A stretch of DNA of 64,000 nt from Balanoglossus misakiensis (taxonomy: Eukaryota > Animalia > Hemichordata): contig CM082581.2 in NCBI GenBank assembly GCA_040954595.2, positions 9,837,878-9,901,877 of the forward strand, written 5' to 3'. This document shows positions 26,974 to 39,800 of the stretch, in pieces. The position numbers were made by a program, and so were the translations under genes. The notes beneath the pieces were generated by a model. The model saw nothing but the letters and a program-made list of their open reading frames with translations, had not been told where the DNA came from and ran no database searches. Positions within the stretch are counted from its first letter, which is position 1. Each line of letters begins with the position of its first letter.

Positions 26974-29900
26974 AATAGTAGTACAACTTCGAAGTCACCC
27001 TGATCGATTGCTGTCCGCCTGGTCTCAGTCCACTGTGGCTATATATCTATATTGTGTATACGAAGTCACTAAACTGCACTGGTACTGTTCAGGAACGCCC
27101 ACATTTTCTGTGCAGTCAATTCATGTGATGTACATCCGGTCAGCAGTCAGGAAACGTTATAAAAGACTGAGATCCCGTACTTCCCCCCACCGGGTCACCA
27201 TGCTCCAGATCACTGTTGTTGACTAGCGACTAAACCCTCCAATGAACTTTGACCTCCATGACCCACATCTTTAAGCAGTAGCGCCACCAGTAGATTGTCG
27301 AATTGCACACTTTTGTTTTTTTTTGTGTGCAGGTACCGTTCTTCCTATTTATACAGAAAGTCAAGAAGTAAGCTCGCTCCCTCTTTATATCGTAATTATT
27401 CTGTCCTCGCTCCCCTCCCTAGGTAAAACGCAATGGCAGCAAGGAGAAGGGCTTGAAATGAATAAAAAAGTTAAGGCCCAAATACATCCTTTAAGCAGAC
27501 TGGTTGGTGGCAAAAATGGCAACATTGATTATTTAACAAAACGAGAGCCTCAGCTGCGCTAACGTGGAATCAAAATCTAATTATTACACCAATTGACCCG
27601 ATCGCACCGGTTAACGATTTAACAATCAATCATTAAAACCCCAAGGCTTGCTCATTTTGCACGAAATTGCCTTGCAACTTTATCTATTCTTTGTTCAAAA
27701 TTACACTTTTCAGCGATATGTTCTCGATTATTATCGCTATTATCCCGATACACTCATTAATTCACTTACTTTGGGCTCTCCCGTCAAAATGACATTTAAA
27801 TACCACTCTACGAAATGTCACATTCAGAATTACTATACTTTTTGTTTTAGGCCCTGTCATTGTTGAGGAAGTAGGCCCGGAAGTCTTAGAATCTATATCT
27901 TTAGTTTCCTTGATCGAACGACTTTCACTTTAATTTCTTCATCAGCAAAGCCATTCAAAAACTACCCACTGCACATCGTTACATCGAACATAAAAGATCC
28001 AAATTCTTGATAGTTTTCTTCTTCAAAGTCTGTTCCTTTCAGAAACAATATACACGTACGTTTTCTTTTTTGCAGTTCAGTGATTTCGGTTGATGTACGG
28101 TGATGTACCTACATTCTTCTTTGTTTTTTTCTTCGCCAATCGCGCCATTACAAGGCCCACTGATTAGAACTTCTGCTCTTTTGAATCTTTGATGAGTTTA
28201 AACTCTGTTTTGAAGTCTCGCTTCATTGCCATAGGCACCCGCAGATAGCAATATCAATCAGACTTTCGTTCATAATCGTTCTGATGGATCTCTACGACGC
28301 TTAGCTGAAATGTGAAAGTTCTAGAATTACACCATTAGACATATTGGAAGACGAACAAACTAAGGTAATTGATAGAGCTCGTCATGATAGCAGAGTATAG
28401 AATCACACGCATGAGATCGAAGACTTACTTTATGCTCAAGCGGTAAAGTTGAACTTTGGAATCGGGGACAGAATGGAAAATTTCCATTTCTGTTTTGTAG
28501 AGTGCATAACTTAGTAAAACCTGCATCCAGACGCTAATGCATGTAAAAGTCGCGTCTTTGACAGTTCTGTTTTATAGTAAAGATTTTCCCCTTCTGTTAA
28601 CTTGATAAAATAATGCAGAATGACTCGTTTCAGAGGTCTACTCACGCTATGTGTGGACAGAATGTGTCTATATATTTCGTTAGTGGTAATAAATATTTAT
28701 ACAACAGTTTGCTCTCGAACGAAAATTGTATACCGAATGGCCCATAACACTACGTTTAGGCGCCACCATAAAATAAAACAGCGTCTCGCATAAAATACAA
28801 TTATCTTAAATGATTTTCAAAATGATAACGATCCCCCCCCCCCCCCCACAATAGTCATGTTATCCATAAAGATCGCCAGCTTTATTGAGGTCTCAATTCA
28901 ATCAAGTTTTATCACGCTTTCTGCAGATGGCATATTGATGGCTTGTCTTAATGACAGATAACTGAAGATGAATTGCAATTGTTCATGATCTCATTTGATT
29001 TCTAGTTTGTTATGGGCCGTCTCAACTAAACGTTGATTCCCTTCGATATACACCATGTAAATATACATGTAGCCTTTTATCGCAATTCCACAGACAGCGA
29101 AATGAACGAGAATTCTAGTACGTGATGCTGAATATGTGTACAGTGACAGTAGCCAAAAGAACCGTTTAAAATTAACATGATACGGCGATTTCAACCCAAA
29201 ATGATACGGAAGACACTTGCATCGCATCGGATCCGATCTGTTTATTTTATCTAATTGAATGCATCGGGCAATTAGAGAGAAGAGTGCCCCATCAGTCATT
29301 CTCGTAAATCAGTCAATCCGTGTCTCTTTTCTTGAGAGCATCGTTTTCATAAATCTATCGCTACAGGAATAATTATCAATTATTCATGGCTCGGATCAGA
29401 CGACCGATCCGGCGGCGCGTCGGCACCAAAGCACCTTATTTTCAGCAAGAAAGAAGATGAGATAATGACTGCACTATATGTACCGCCGATCGGATGAACA
29501 TCCGAACGGGGAGTGGGACTATCTCGTTTAGAAATGACAAACGTAGTCAGTTTCCAAGGCTGGCGGGGGAGTTGATTTCGACGTCGTACAATTAATAGAT
29601 ATTACCCGCGGTGAATTTTCTGTTCCCTTCAGTCACGTAATCCTTTGTTTAAATTCGTATTGCTCTGTGCGTTTGTCACTTTAGTAGCCCTGAGCCTGTA
29701 AAGGCGACCCGCAGCGCGAATCCAGCTTGATCGTCCACCCATGTCCCGTAAGGAATCGACGCTTTCATCCCACGCGAATCCAGACTCAACCGAATTAACA
29801 TGTATACAGACGTTGCCGTGTGCTTTATTGACAATCGCTGCGTTTATATAAAAAAACAGTCTAATGATTCTGACATTTCTGACTGAAGAAGAAATTGCCG

Positions 29901-32729
29901 CGGCAATATCTCTGACGATCAGATTCGAAAAGCGGGGAGGAAAATTAAAACGAACGCGGGTGACGTGAAAAAGCGCATGTAATCATCTGTCATGCTACGT
30001 ATTGTACGTCGAAATTTACCGTTAAAACAACAATTAGCGTGTAAACGTGTTTTGTCTATGAACTTTATTTATTCCGATATTCGCTTTTATGTTGAGCAAC
30101 GACGGATTGTAATCGTCAATGAGGCTGTTTTGACTGTTAACGACTACCTGGCGGACACGTACGTACTACGCCTCTTTATTACGATGGAAATCCTTGCAAA
30201 TACTTAAGCATAAGAGAGATTATGGGAAATCCACGCATAACTAGAGATTGTGATTATTGCTGTCATTCTGTCAAGGGAAATAGCAATCAGTGTTCCGAAA
30301 GACTCAACTTAGATTTCCACGGGAGAGTCACGTGCGCATTGCTTTAACCTGAAACAATGTGCAAAGTGATTTTCTATTTGGACAGTATAAATTAGCCGTT
30401 ATGGCTAAAATATTCGTCGATGAACATGCTCAAGGAAGATTTTTAAGTCACAGTCCTTCTGCGATTTCTTAGAGTAAGGAACTACTTTTCTTCGCGCGTA
30501 TGTAGATTTTCCTCTGTGATTTGTGACGTCCTGATAAGTTTCCTGTATTACTGCGCAATATGTGGTTCTGTTCACAATCATTTGTGTGCGATGTCGATGT
30601 CCGCATAAGAGTTACTTTTACGTGCATGTAAGTCAGTCACGCCCAGACGAAACAAAATGACAAAAATAGGAATAATCAATAATTCACGTTTGATAAAATA
30701 TTGAATCAACCACGAGCAGTTATCCCGGATAATCGTTCGGTTGTACATCGTGATGTATTCGGTTGCACGCCACTGGCGTTTAGGCAATCCAAAGGCCCCG
30801 CGGGTACAGCATTTGACCCGAATTTGTTGGTTTTATGTTCGCTAAATCACTTCTGCCCGAGCGAATTTAAACTCTTCTGCCTCCCTGGGAAAAAAAATGT
30901 CCTCATTTAACGATTGTCGTCACGACGGAAATGTCACAATGGGCGCATCTAACTCGGTTTTAGGCCAGCGCTTCAAATTGACAGAGGCTTCTCTTTAAAT
31001 CCCTTGATATCATACAGACAGACTTCTGTTTGAGAAATGCATGGGCGAATCCAACCGTTGTAGCGTAAAGACGACATTTCATGAAACCTGTTTCCCGCCG
31101 GAAAGATTTGCGTCGCTTCTTGTAACTTTTTGATTTCCGTTTAAGAGCAACACCTGCCCAATAAAACACACAGCGACTCCATAAACATTGACTCGTATAT
31201 CATTGAACACGTAGTCAGATTGGATTCTAGACTAAGGAACACCGTGCACATAGATCCCCTTTTAATAATATATTTTATTCACATCTTCAGATTTTCGAAA
31301 AGCTGTTACACTTTCTGAGCGGTGTGCAAATGTTTTTATTTCTGCCACTAAGCCAATTGTAAAAATACGTGGTAGTCAAAAAAACTCCCAGCACAAATGA
31401 GATGAATATGACAAAATCACCAGGTCAATGTGCTTCTCTGAAATGATAACATAAAGTCCCGCCAGCCCGTTCTTCAAGACAAGGTACAGCTGAAATCCGC
31501 ATTAGAAAGAAGTAATTTTACAAATGTTAATATCTAGAGATAAACTTTTAATATATCATTCACAAAACAGCTGCTGTAAAAGTTCTGATATTAAGATAGA
31601 GTCAAAAATATATATCAATCTGTATGTGTTCTTCATTCGCCTCTATTTTAGATGTAAACGTTGATTGAAGCTTACGCCTTTTCTAAATAACACGTCGATT
31701 GCAATGCTAAAACAATCTTGTATGACTTTTCTGAGATAATAATCGTATTAATAAGAAAGTCCAATAATAACACTATAAGTAAAGTTGATCAATTAGGTAT
31801 ATCAGGGCACGTTCAAATTATTCATTACATGTACAATCCTACAATCACAAATAATGTAAAAACAAACATGTCAAATGTGCGTATGTCGCCTGACTGTAAC
31901 TCCGGGATCATTTATGTCAGACCCCTCTCCGAGAGGCGCGTGAGCTTGCATTTGTTCAGAACGGCTGCAAGCGGATGACGAGTATTCGGCGCAGCGGAAA
32001 AAAACATCAACACGAACAATTCATTTTTAAAACTTTGCCGGGAGCCGCGTAGCTGCATAGGGCACACATATGTAGAGTTCATGATCTAAAAAATTGGAGA
32101 CGGAATTAAAGCTGTAGCCGGGATGACATCTCGCAATCAAAACTGTAAGTTTCATTGGTCCTTCACGGGCAACATGTTGTGATGAACGCCAATTTGGGAA
32201 TTAGTCATAGCAGGAGCTTGCAGGCGAGCATTAATGATTAAGCTTGCTTGGCAAAGTGGATTATTTAAATGCGATGTTAGCTACCATTAACGAAAACAAA
32301 TAAATTGGTAAAATGATAGATTAGACATCGATTTCGTAAATTACACTCGCGTCGTTATTTACGATGAGTTCATTAATCATGTAAAGATTTTATTTGCTTG
32401 GAGAATCAATTCCCTATTGTTAGATTGCTGTTATCATTCTGTTTATTACATGTGGTTTGTTCGCTAGCATTTACTTTCAATTCCGTTGAAGGGTGAGGGG
32501 GCGTTTACTTCCGAATCCTTCTTTCAAATTAAAATCTTGCGAGAGGAATTCGGCATTTCATCGTTTCTTGGGTCCGATTATTTTCACTTAAATTCTGGAG
32601 AAATGTTAAACTAATCGTTAGGGGATTATTGTAATAGTTTTACCCTGATAAACCTTAATGCGTTCAGCTGCATCTATTTTTACGTGTAAAAACCATCGCA
32701 ATGTTGCTCGGTGACGTAAATATATACTT

Positions 32730-35700
32730 TTATTGCACAGTGCTGCGCTGTGTGGCCGAGGAGTTGACCTGAGAGACGAATCGAATGCGAGCGTTTTCTT
32801 CATTCACATAGTGCACCGCATACAGCTTGGGCACGTAGAGACAGACCAGTGTGACGTAGGCGTTCAGGAGCGTGGCGAAGGAGATGATGGCCACTTTGAA
32901 CGTGGAATCTTTGACTGTGTTGTAGGTCGGTATGAAGGCCAGCCACACCACCAGGGTGGTGTAGACGCTGAGGGCGATGAAGCGCGACTCGTTGTAGTTG
33001 TCCGGCACGCGGCGCGCCTTGAAAGCGAAGAAGCAGCACAGGACGATCAGGAGCAGATTGTAGCCCACAGAGGTGCTCACTTCGGTTCCCCCGATGTTAC
33101 AGCTTAGTTCCACTCGCTTCTCTGTCTGGATGGGCATCTCCAGCGTGGCATCCGGTGGAACGATAATAGCCCATATGCCGCTTATAAACACCTGACAATA
33201 GGAGAGCGAAAAGACAGACAGACTTAAGTGAGTTAATATTGGCGAATATTATGTTGATGACAAAACATTTGGCAGGCGGCTCGTTGATATATGAGATGGC
33301 TAACCCTAAGGGCGCTTAATCATGATAGCAAATAACGAAAAAATATCACATTAGATTAAAACACGAAAAACCGGCTCATCCGTAAAAAATAGACCCTGGA
33401 GCTTTCGCTCAAGGGTCTATGTTATGGATCCCATGAGAACATCGGTGTCTGAACAAGTAATAAACAGAACAAGAAACTATCAGAGGGTGAAAGACAATAC
33501 AATCAGGCTTTGAATGTAATCGGGCAAATTAAGTGAAACCTTAGTGTTTTTCTCTCTCAGATTGGATGTTCTTTGGGACGTATCAATCTAAGTAACATCA
33601 TTTGTAATCCAAAACCAATTTCTAATCAGAATCTTGCCATATTAAAGTACATATTCGTGAATCAACGAAATTCAATCATTCCCTTCTCTTGTCCCCTCAT
33701 CGTAATTGGCATAATCGTGTAAGGGATCTTACATTCTGAAACACATGCTCTTATAGCAGAGTTAAGAGGTTGTCAACAGTGACGTTTGTAACAACTGCAA
33801 TTTATAGTCAAAACTTTTGGACAACTGATTAACCTAATGAAAGGTTTCTATCTTAAGTGAAAAGTCTTTATAGCAAACGTTCGTAATGTTTTACCACGCT
33901 ATTCTAGTCTGTTGTCGAGGTCAGAATGTGAAAAGGTCGGCTTTGAAGGCCAGGCAAAATGCAGAGATGGGCTTGTACTTTTCATGAGTATGAATTAATC
34001 GCCGGTGTTATTGCCATACACTTTGATCTGCACCAAATTTAAATCAATATAGACGTCTTAACAGGCGTCAGCGCAAATTATTTCATGATGGTTTTTTGAA
34101 GTGAAATCAACCGTGAGGCAAGATTACTCTGGGTTCATGGAATTGGATCGGGGGAAAATGAGAAAATAATATTGGCGTTAATCACTATTTTGTGCAGCCA
34201 GTTGCGATGCAAATGGTCTACGATTCCTACTGGAGTTGTGACCTGGAATTGAGTGAGTGAGTGAGTGAGTGAGTGAGTGAGTGAGTGAGTGAGTGAGTGA
34301 GTGGATAGATGGATGGAAGGATGGATGGATGGATGGATGGATGGATGGTTGGTTGGTTGGTTGGTTGGTTGGTTGGTTGGTTGGTTGGTTGGTTGCATAT
34401 GAGTGAGTGAGTGAGTGAGTGAGTGAGTGAGTGAGTGAGTGAGTGAGTGAGTGGATAGATGGATGGAAGGATGGATGGATGGATGGATGGATGGTTGGTT
34501 GGTTGGTTGGTTGGTTGGTTGGTTGCATATGAGTGAGTGAGTGAGTGAGTGAGTGAGTGAGTGAGTGAGTGAGTGAGTGAGTGAGTGAATGAATGAATGA
34601 ATGAATGTATGAATGAATGAATGAATGAATGAATGAATGAATGAATGAATGAATGAATGAATAAATGAATGAATGATCTATTGCTGCCTGATATGGTCCC
34701 TAATTGACATGTTTTCTGCTCAGTGAAAGTTGAGAAAGAAAGGTGCAATACACGCACGAGTGACGACGGTCGTTATATTCAAAGTCTTGACAAGGGCGCT
34801 TATAAGTGATTATTGAGAATTATTGCAGACGATTATTCCGCTCACCTGAACAGAGAGTATGATAGTTGTGATGGCGATTTGTGACGCTGGGCCGGTCATA
34901 CCTGGGCGTTTTGTCGACTTCTTGCCCGCTGTGAAGATGCGGTATATCCGTACCACCTTGGTGAGCATGGGCGCGTACGTCATCGTGAAGCAGAGCATGA
35001 GCCCCAGCCGGACCATGACACACGTCGCCAGCGTGGGTTTGGCGATGAAGTCGAAGACCATGACGAAGGAGAAAGTGACGCCGAACAGCATGATGAAGCT
35101 GAGTTCGCGACTGGATGCTTTGATCAGGGGCTTGTTGCGGTGTACGATGTAGCCCACCACGGTGATGGTGGAGAGGACCAGCCCCGTGAAGGCGATGACC
35201 ACCAGGGTGACGGCCACGGGGTCGTGCCATCGGATGTAAGTCGGCGGGATCGGTTCGCAGTCGGTGAAGTCTTCGTTCGGCCAGAAGAAAATCTGGCACG
35301 GTTGGCATTTCGTGTTGTTGATGACCGGTATTTCGTTGTTCCTGCACTGGAAGCAGTCCCAGCAGCACACGTCACCGTGCGGGATGACAATATGACCGCT
35401 CGGGCAGGGCTCGCTGCAAATCGACCTGGGTACCGCAGCGCCTGCCCCCTCGACCGCCACGCCCCACGTTACCTTGTCGTCATCCATGTCCAGCTTTTCG
35501 CCCTCGGCAAGGGAGTCCCACATAGCCACCGTGACCCTCTTGTACTCCCCGCCGACTTTCTGCAAGTTCTTCACCACGTACTTGCCCAACAGGTCCCCGT
35601 TCTCGTCGAACTGCACCGGCCCCCGCGTTCCCTCGAAACTGGCGTTGCGCAGATACGGCAACAGTACCTGGCCGTCGGCGTCATAGAATTCATCGCACGC

Positions 35701-36894
35701 GCCTACGCCAGCCCCGCAGAGTTTAACTCTCATCGCCTCCAGCGCATAGCCGTAAACATAAACTGCGTCTATAACCGCAGATATGCCCATGTAAGCACTA
35801 AAGCCACCAACTTGTTGTTGACAGGTGCTGCAATTTATGTATCGCTCCCAGTATTCAACTAGCCAGGGATTTTCACTGTTTCCTGGAGTAACGTTTTTAA
35901 AGTAACTTTCATAACTTAACGACTCTGTGTTAAACTGTTCAACGAAAAATCCTCCTTTCCCAACCTCGCCATTTCCGTAGGCGGCTAGATCGTAAACGCC
36001 GTCGCTTCCGATCCAGATAAACGAGTTAGTGGCGTTCGCTCTTCTCACGGCGTCGAATACTCGGTTCGCCATGTAAACGACAGAAAATATGATTACCGCC
36101 TTCGAATTCGGGTACTCTAGCAGTTTGGACACGATATTATCTAGCTGTTCTTCGGTGGCGAAACGCGAGACTTCTTCGGCGGCCGCGATGCAGATGCCGT
36201 ACATGGCAGCCTGGCGTTTTATCTCTTTGGCGCCGTACTTGCCGTAAGAGCCGTCCGAATTGACCAGCGATATGTAAGACCAGTTGAAGTGGCGGACAAT
36301 GTCGAGCATAACGCTCACCTGCAGACGGTCGGGAGGCACGGCGCGCAGGTAGAACGGAAACGCCGACTTGTCGCTCAGTTCGTCACTCGTGGCCATGTAC
36401 GTGATCTGGGGCATGTGGTGCAACCCGAAGACCCTACTGACGGCGGCGGAGACGGAGCTGCGCCTCGGTCCGACGACGCCCTTCAGCTTCTGACGGTCGC
36501 TATCGCCGCCTTCGCACAGCGCGCTTCTGGTGATGTTCTGCAGCAGAGCTAGCGTGGCGGCCAGCGTCACGTCTTCGGACACGCAGCTATCGTAGATCTC
36601 GTAGCCGATGTCGACACCGGGCAGGATGCTGCTCCTCCCGTTGATCTCCGCGATGGTGAAAACCATGGCCTCGACTCGGTGCAGCACCGACACCGAGTCC
36701 AGCTGGACACACTCTCGGTTCGCATCGAAAAGATGCAGATTCAAAAGCCCGCCCAAAATGATGTCCCCCTGCTTGGAGTACTTGGTGTCGGTCAGGTGTG
36801 GTACGTGGTTGCCGACGACAGAACCGGCAGACAAAACAAGTACAATAGCAGAAACACCGTGTAGAATTCTTCCCAGCGAACGCGTGGCATACAT
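32730..36894 (-). CDS. GRM: Metabotropic glutamate receptor-like class C GPCR, about 836 aa, two coding exons
   Basis: Exon 34846-36894 (683 codons, donor CAG|gtgagc) and exon 32730-33191. Signal peptide; Venus flytrap domain ([40 protein letters not shown]); cysteine-rich domain ([15 protein letters not shown]); 7TM ([46 protein letters not shown]). Confidence 0.93.
34250..34675. repeat. Compound tetranucleotide microsatellite (GAGT)n(GGAT)n(GGTT)n with higher-order duplication, then (GAAT)n; inside the GRM intron
   Basis: Read directly. Explains the THSL/HPSI/NQPT repetitive ORFs. Confidence 0.97.
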
Positions 36895-39800
36895 GTTGGC
36901 GATCCAGCGGTGCTGTTGACGTATGATCCCAGCCTCTGCTATAACATGATGTTAAATACTCTCTCCGATTTTACAGAGGAGGAGAAAAATATGCGACAAT
37001 TAAATAAACATGGAGATGAGACACCCTCTCGAAGGAGATTGGATGGTTTCAAATTATGTAGCCGTGGAGCCAGTTTCCATTGACGACGCGCGCTTATGAA
37101 AATTCTGCCTCCAAGTGAACGGCAAATCATCTGGCCTGGCACTACTTTGGAGCGTTAACTAAACAACGAGCAACGAGGAAACCGCATCACTTCTTGGTCT
37201 TGTCCTATTTGAAATAATGAAAGTCCGCGTCACTCTCGATAATCATCTCCTACGAAAAACGGTGACCCGTTCAATTGGCGAATATTGCATAATGGTAAAC
37301 TAACGCATCAATTTAGCATTATATTAAACGCTAACTGGTGACAACGTCACGTGATTATACACTCCAGTTGCATGTGTATACGCTCATTCAACACGTGTTT
37401 GCGACTAAAAGAATCGACTCTCTTTACAGAAAATCCCAATTCTGCGCCGAGAAGCCCTTGCAATTGTATGAACTCATCAGTAGGAATTTTTCATTCCACC
37501 CCAATTGCAAATCATATCTCGCCCATAGGTTTGAAGGCTTCCTATATACTTACATGTATATACAAGGAGTAGCCAGCCCTCTTCGCGTCAACAAGTAACT
37601 ATACAGTCTTTCCGCGATGTTAAAGCAGAGACTATGATTGACAGAGTACAGAGCTTTCAGGTTTCACGCGTATAGATCTGCAGATTGGCAGGATTGTTCA
37701 CAAGACACGATTAGATTTGTGACATTCTACACAAGTAAAACAAAGACAAGCCAAGAAGAGATGAAACTATGGGCTCCTGTCACCTTGATTATGTTCGTCT
37801 TTAAAGTTTGGCACGTTCGATCTGTGTTGCAGCTTGATTGAGATACGAGATCCCTTATATCGTATCGGCGCTGTTCCGCGCCCTTGAAAGGGTCGGAGCA
37901 GAAAGAGTAAAAGTATAGATACGGAATTGTCCCACCCGGATGTTGAATTCAATGTTTGTTTCTTTCCGTGCAAACACGCATATATATATTTTGAGAAGTC
38001 AGTGACATTTAAGCAATCTTGAGGGTGAACTCGGAGTTTTTCCTTTCACAGGCGAATATTGCGAATGAGTTTTAGAGAAACGCCTTTGTGTTGCCACAGC
38101 CCATTTTCATCGGCGCATTTTCGTTTCACAATAGTAGACTTCCATGTAGTTGAACCCGCTGCCAAGATGCCACAATTGATCTGCTGCTCATATCCGTGAT
38201 CCAACGCCCGCCGTTTTATGCACGGATGAGTCAGATCAAAACACAACCCCTTTTACCGAAGCTTCCAATACTTTCTCACAAAACGCGTTCCTAAGTGGCA
38301 TACACTCCCCAAGGCGACAAACAATCGACACTATAAAAACACATATCGCTGAAAGTCGAAGACACGGAAATTAAAACTTAAAAGAAATAGCAGATGGATA
38401 TATATTCGCGGATGGTCGGCTTTGAATACAATATCTAGCCGAGTCACCCCCAAGAGCTCTATAGCCAGCTATATACAGCGACGCAGATGGCAATATAACT
38501 GTGTCAAGGAGATTTTCCGCCCAAGAATTTTTCCATCCACGTCCATCTTCTCCCCTCGTGAATAGTTCATGCATGTTTACGCAGAAAATTCGGTCTCGCG
38601 GAATTCGTTTGAACCACGCAGACGAGATTAAATTAATTCAGCTTTTTTATGACCAGGTGTTCGCAATTACCCTTAGTCTCCGCCCGGGTATTTGTTACGT
38701 GTGCATGGCTGCATGATGTGCGGAGAGAGAACGGTATTTATCATCTTGCAGGGCACTTACTTAGCGACTACTTTTTGTAACGGGATTTTAGTTGTACAAG
38801 ACCAAGAGGTCATTTGGGATTTACAGTGCACCTAACTTTCAGAATCCGTTCCTCCACTTGAACAGTCTGGCCCGAGGCGTTTTCGAGAATACAAAAATGC
38901 GATAGACTTGTCAATCAAAACACGATCAAAGCCGGTAAGGGCAGGTGTACTTGAAGGAGCGTGTATGTATGTATATATGTACGCATGTATTTTTGTATAT
39001 ATCTACCTATGTGCGGATGCCGCATGTTGGTTAGCTTCTTTGTTTGATTTCCTGGCGCTGCAATATTTAATGATAGAAAAGTGGTGTTTTGCCTCTGAAG
39101 GTTTTGTGAAATGTCCTCACCCCAGCGGTCACATTTCTGCTAAAATTACTCGTAGAATGAAACGCCGCTTTCATCTCACTATTTGGTTCTGGGTCCTGGA
39201 CGATAATGTTTGATGATCAGGGCTTTTTTCCCCATTTAAAACAGCAAAGCTCTCCGGAGTCTGATATAGAGCCACGCGGCTTTCTTGACTCCATTGTAGA
39301 AATGTGAAGTAATAAGCGAAAATGGTCGACTAGGGAGACGTAATTGAGATTTCTCAGTATTGAATGCGTTCACTGAATAGTAAGGGTCCTTCTGAACTTT
39401 AGGCAATACTTAGTTGATGTAACTAAAGAGAGGAGAACTAATTATGGGCAAAAAGGGGGAAATTGTGAATGTTACATTTCACAGACACCGTCCTCGGATT
39501 ACGGAGACTATATGCACTGTGTTGGTTAATGATAGCAGTTTACTTTTGAAGCCGACTCACATGATGCCGAACCAACAAAAAGGGAGATTTATGCCTACTG
39601 GTGTTGCAAGAATGAAGCAGCATACTTGAAAGACCTTTAGTTGTTGCAACTGCTTTGGTGCGGCCAAATTTCAAGAAATGTTACAGGTGTAAAAGCGGTA
39701 TTCAGGTTTCTTAAAGGCTAACAGACCAGGTTGGTCGAGCGGTTGTTGATCAGATCAGAAATTGAAAGTTTTAGTTTGAGAAAGGTGAATATTGAAATTC

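Noticed and set aside
34135-34757. Repetitive THSL/HPSI ORFs
   Set aside because: Translation of an intronic tetranucleotide microsatellite.
34820-36919. Long antisense and alternative-frame ORFs (for example 35140-35862 +)
   Set aside because: Shadow ORFs caused by the GC-rich codon usage of the GPCR exon.
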